NCBI GenBank assembly: GCA_035543015.1 | Contig: DATKKG010000075.1 | Span: 1 to 24,000 of the forward strand | DNA: 24,000 nt | DNA from: Conexivisphaerales archaeon | Lineage (GTDB): Archaea > Thermoproteota > Nitrososphaeria > Conexivisphaerales > DTJL01 | Reading direction: 5' to 3' | Translations under genes and position numbers: made by a program | Shown here: positions 22,630 to 24,000 of the stretch, piece by piece | Layout of the letters: every line of letters starts with the position of its first letter | Numbering within the stretch: position 1 is the first letter of the stretch | The notes under the pieces: generated by a model | What the model was told of the DNA's origin: nothing | The model's input: the letters and a program-made list of their open reading frames with translations, nothing else | Database searches by the model: none

Positions 22630-23891
22630 CACTTCCCCCTCATCATCTCTTCCATGCTCCCGCCGCATGCCCTTTGTAGATCCCAGCCTTCGTCCGTGGT
22701 GAGCCGTCTGACGAACGAGAACTCCCTGCCGTAATAGCGCGAGGACCTCTTGGCGACCATGAGGTCCCCAGGATAGAAGACCTCGAGCCAGGACGTTGTA
22801 AACGGGTTGAAAATCCCGACGATCCCCTGTTTTCCTTCCTCCCTCACCGGTTTGAAGGTCTTGGGGTCGAGGAGGAAGACCTCTGAAAGCGGGTGAGGTA
22901 CCTTGTCCATGGCCCCATACCTGTCGATCAGCGCCGTCAGGGTCTCGGTCATTCCCAGCACGTCCATGAAGGGCGCCGGACTCCGTGCTTCATTCCGTCC
23001 CCCGGCGACAAAGTGCTTCGCCGAGAGCTCGACGATATCCGGGTAGGGAGGCAGGTCCGAGAACCCTTTCGTTCCGCCCCCTGTCACCACAAGCCCGCCC
23101 CTGCCCAGGCGCACGGGGGGCGCGCCGGAGGCCAGCCGGTACCCCAGTTTCTTGAATAGGCCCATTTCGTCGAACTGCTTGGCCATCAGGTAGACGCCGG
23201 CCGGGGCAGTGAAGAACAGCTTCGGCTCCTCCCCGCTCTTCAGGAACTTCAGGATCCTGTCCCTGTTGGGCTCCAGCTTCTGCCACGGAACTCCGTTTTC
23301 TGCCCCTTCCAGGAGGTCCATCCCGTAGATGAGCTCGATGTCCTTGCGCTCGAGCGCCAGCTGAACGAAGGCGACGAAGCTCAACCTGTAGCGGAGCTCA
23401 GGTGCAGCCATGAAGAGCGCAACGCCCTTCCCCTCCTCCAAGTGCCTCCCATAGACATATTCGAACAAGTCCGTGTTGGCCTTTATCATCACAGCCAGGT
23501 CCAGGGGGCTCCTGTAGACTTTGACCGGCTCCTTCCCCGAGGTCCCGCTGGACTTGAAGTATTCTCCTCCGGGCTCCACGTCATCTATCAGCAGAGGCTT
23601 CTGGCCTTCGCCCCTCAGGATGTCGGAGGGAACCGCTAGCTTCGCTAGGTCCCCCAGTTCAGCGTCGGAAGGAGCTATCGACAGCCTTTCGAAGAGTTCT
23701 GCGTAGTGCCGGCTGTGACGCGCGAAGAACTGGAGCGACTCCCGGAAGAGGCCCTTCCTGAGCTCCATCAGGTAATCTGGCGATCTCTCGAAGAGCGACG
23801 GGTCGTTCACCGTTTCCCAGACTTTGGAGACGTATGGGTCGCCCAACAACTTGCTCTTCTCCGCGGCTTGGAAGATCGCCTGGGCATCCAT
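22629..23891 (-). CDS. LuxE-like acyl-protein synthetase / adenylate-forming (ANL, PaaK/F390-synthetase-like) enzyme
   Basis: FKSSGTSGKEPVKVYRS (P-loop-like SSGTxGxP), VVTGGGTKG, and a C-terminal subdomain PGDLMV...FSFVRR. ATG at 23891; the longest ORF starts with GTG at 23900. Confidence 0.68.
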   Translation of the reverse strand: MDAQAIFQAAEKSKLLGDPYVSKVWETVNDPSLFERSPDYLMELRKGLFRESLQFFARHSRHYAELFERLSIAPSDAELGDLAKLAVPSDILRGEGQKPLLIDDVEPGGEYFKSSGTSGKEPVKVYRSPLDLAVMIKANTDLFEYVYGRHLEEGKGVALFMAAPELRYRLSFVAFVQLALERKDIELIYGMDLLEGAENGVPWQKLEPNRDRILKFLKSGEEPKLFFTAPAGVYLMAKQFDEMGLFKKLGYRLASGAPPVRLGRGGLVVTGGGTKGFSDLPPYPDIVELSAKHFVAGGRNEARSPAPFMDVLGMTETLTALIDRYGAMDKVPHPLSEVFLLDPKTFKPVREEGKQGIVGIFNPFTTSWLEVFYPGDLMVAKRSSRYYGREFSFVRRLTTDEGWDLQRACGGSMEEMMRGK

Positions 23892-24000
23892 GACCAACAC
23901 TTCACTATGAAAGAACCCCGTACATAAGACTTCATGACGAGAGGAGCCTACCGCGGCTTCGGGCCTGATGTGGAGGTTGGCAAAACGAGAAAAGGGCGAC

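Noticed and set aside
23934-24000. Possible start of a plus-strand gene at the window edge (MTRGAYRGFGPDVEVGKTRKGR...)
   Set aside because: Only 22 codons are visible, which is not enough to support a call.
1-24000. Checked for CRISPR arrays, rRNA, transposases/IS ends, integrases and toxin-antitoxin or defence gene pairs
   Set aside because: No regularly spaced repeats, rRNA-like sequence or recognisable mobile-element or defence proteins were seen in any frame.

Overview
Gene-dense, GC-rich window with about 30 protein genes and one tRNA. No rRNA, CRISPR array, transposase or integrase was seen. All family calls come from reading the supplied translations against remembered family motifs; no database search was possible.

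The fragment looks archaeal, probably Thermoplasmatota-like:
- TTTAAA/TTATAA boxes sit about 25-30 nt upstream of the tRNA and of several start codons, implying leaderless mRNAs.
- It encodes an Hjc-type resolvase fold, a TrmB regulator, a PEF-CTERM-like tail and a class II HMG-CoA reductase.
- AGG/AGA and ATA codons are frequent.

Housekeeping and accessory genes: tRNA-Val(GAC), class II HMG-CoA reductase, Hsp20, a ZIP transporter plus CuA-like cupredoxin operon, a class III adenylate cyclase fused to an ACT-like domain, a type-1 cupredoxin, GYD, three unknown membrane proteins, an MDR oxidoreductase, DUF4242, a zinc-ribbon/TM2 protein, bacterial-type MetK and a LuxE/LuxC-like pair.

The most interesting part is 12.0-19.7 kb, a run of chromophore- and light-related genes:
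- TspO-related membrane protein and SOUL haem-binding protein.
- A stand-alone CarH/AerR-type B12-binding domain (W-x9-EH plus E-x-H-x-x-G) divergent from a TrmB regulator.
- A DHA2 MFS transporter whose TGA stop overlaps the TTG start of a heliorhodopsin that keeps the Schiff-base Lys, the counterion Glu and both His.
- A signal-less fasciclin (FAS1) protein and a retinol-dehydrogenase-like SDR.

I propose this is an undescribed light-responsive module with three parts: B12 photosensor/TrmB control, an MFS-heliorhodopsin pair, and a possible retinoid supply arm.

A second sequence-level novelty is a roughly 125-nt 5' module duplicated in front of two unrelated membrane genes. It carries four helically phased GTATC boxes.
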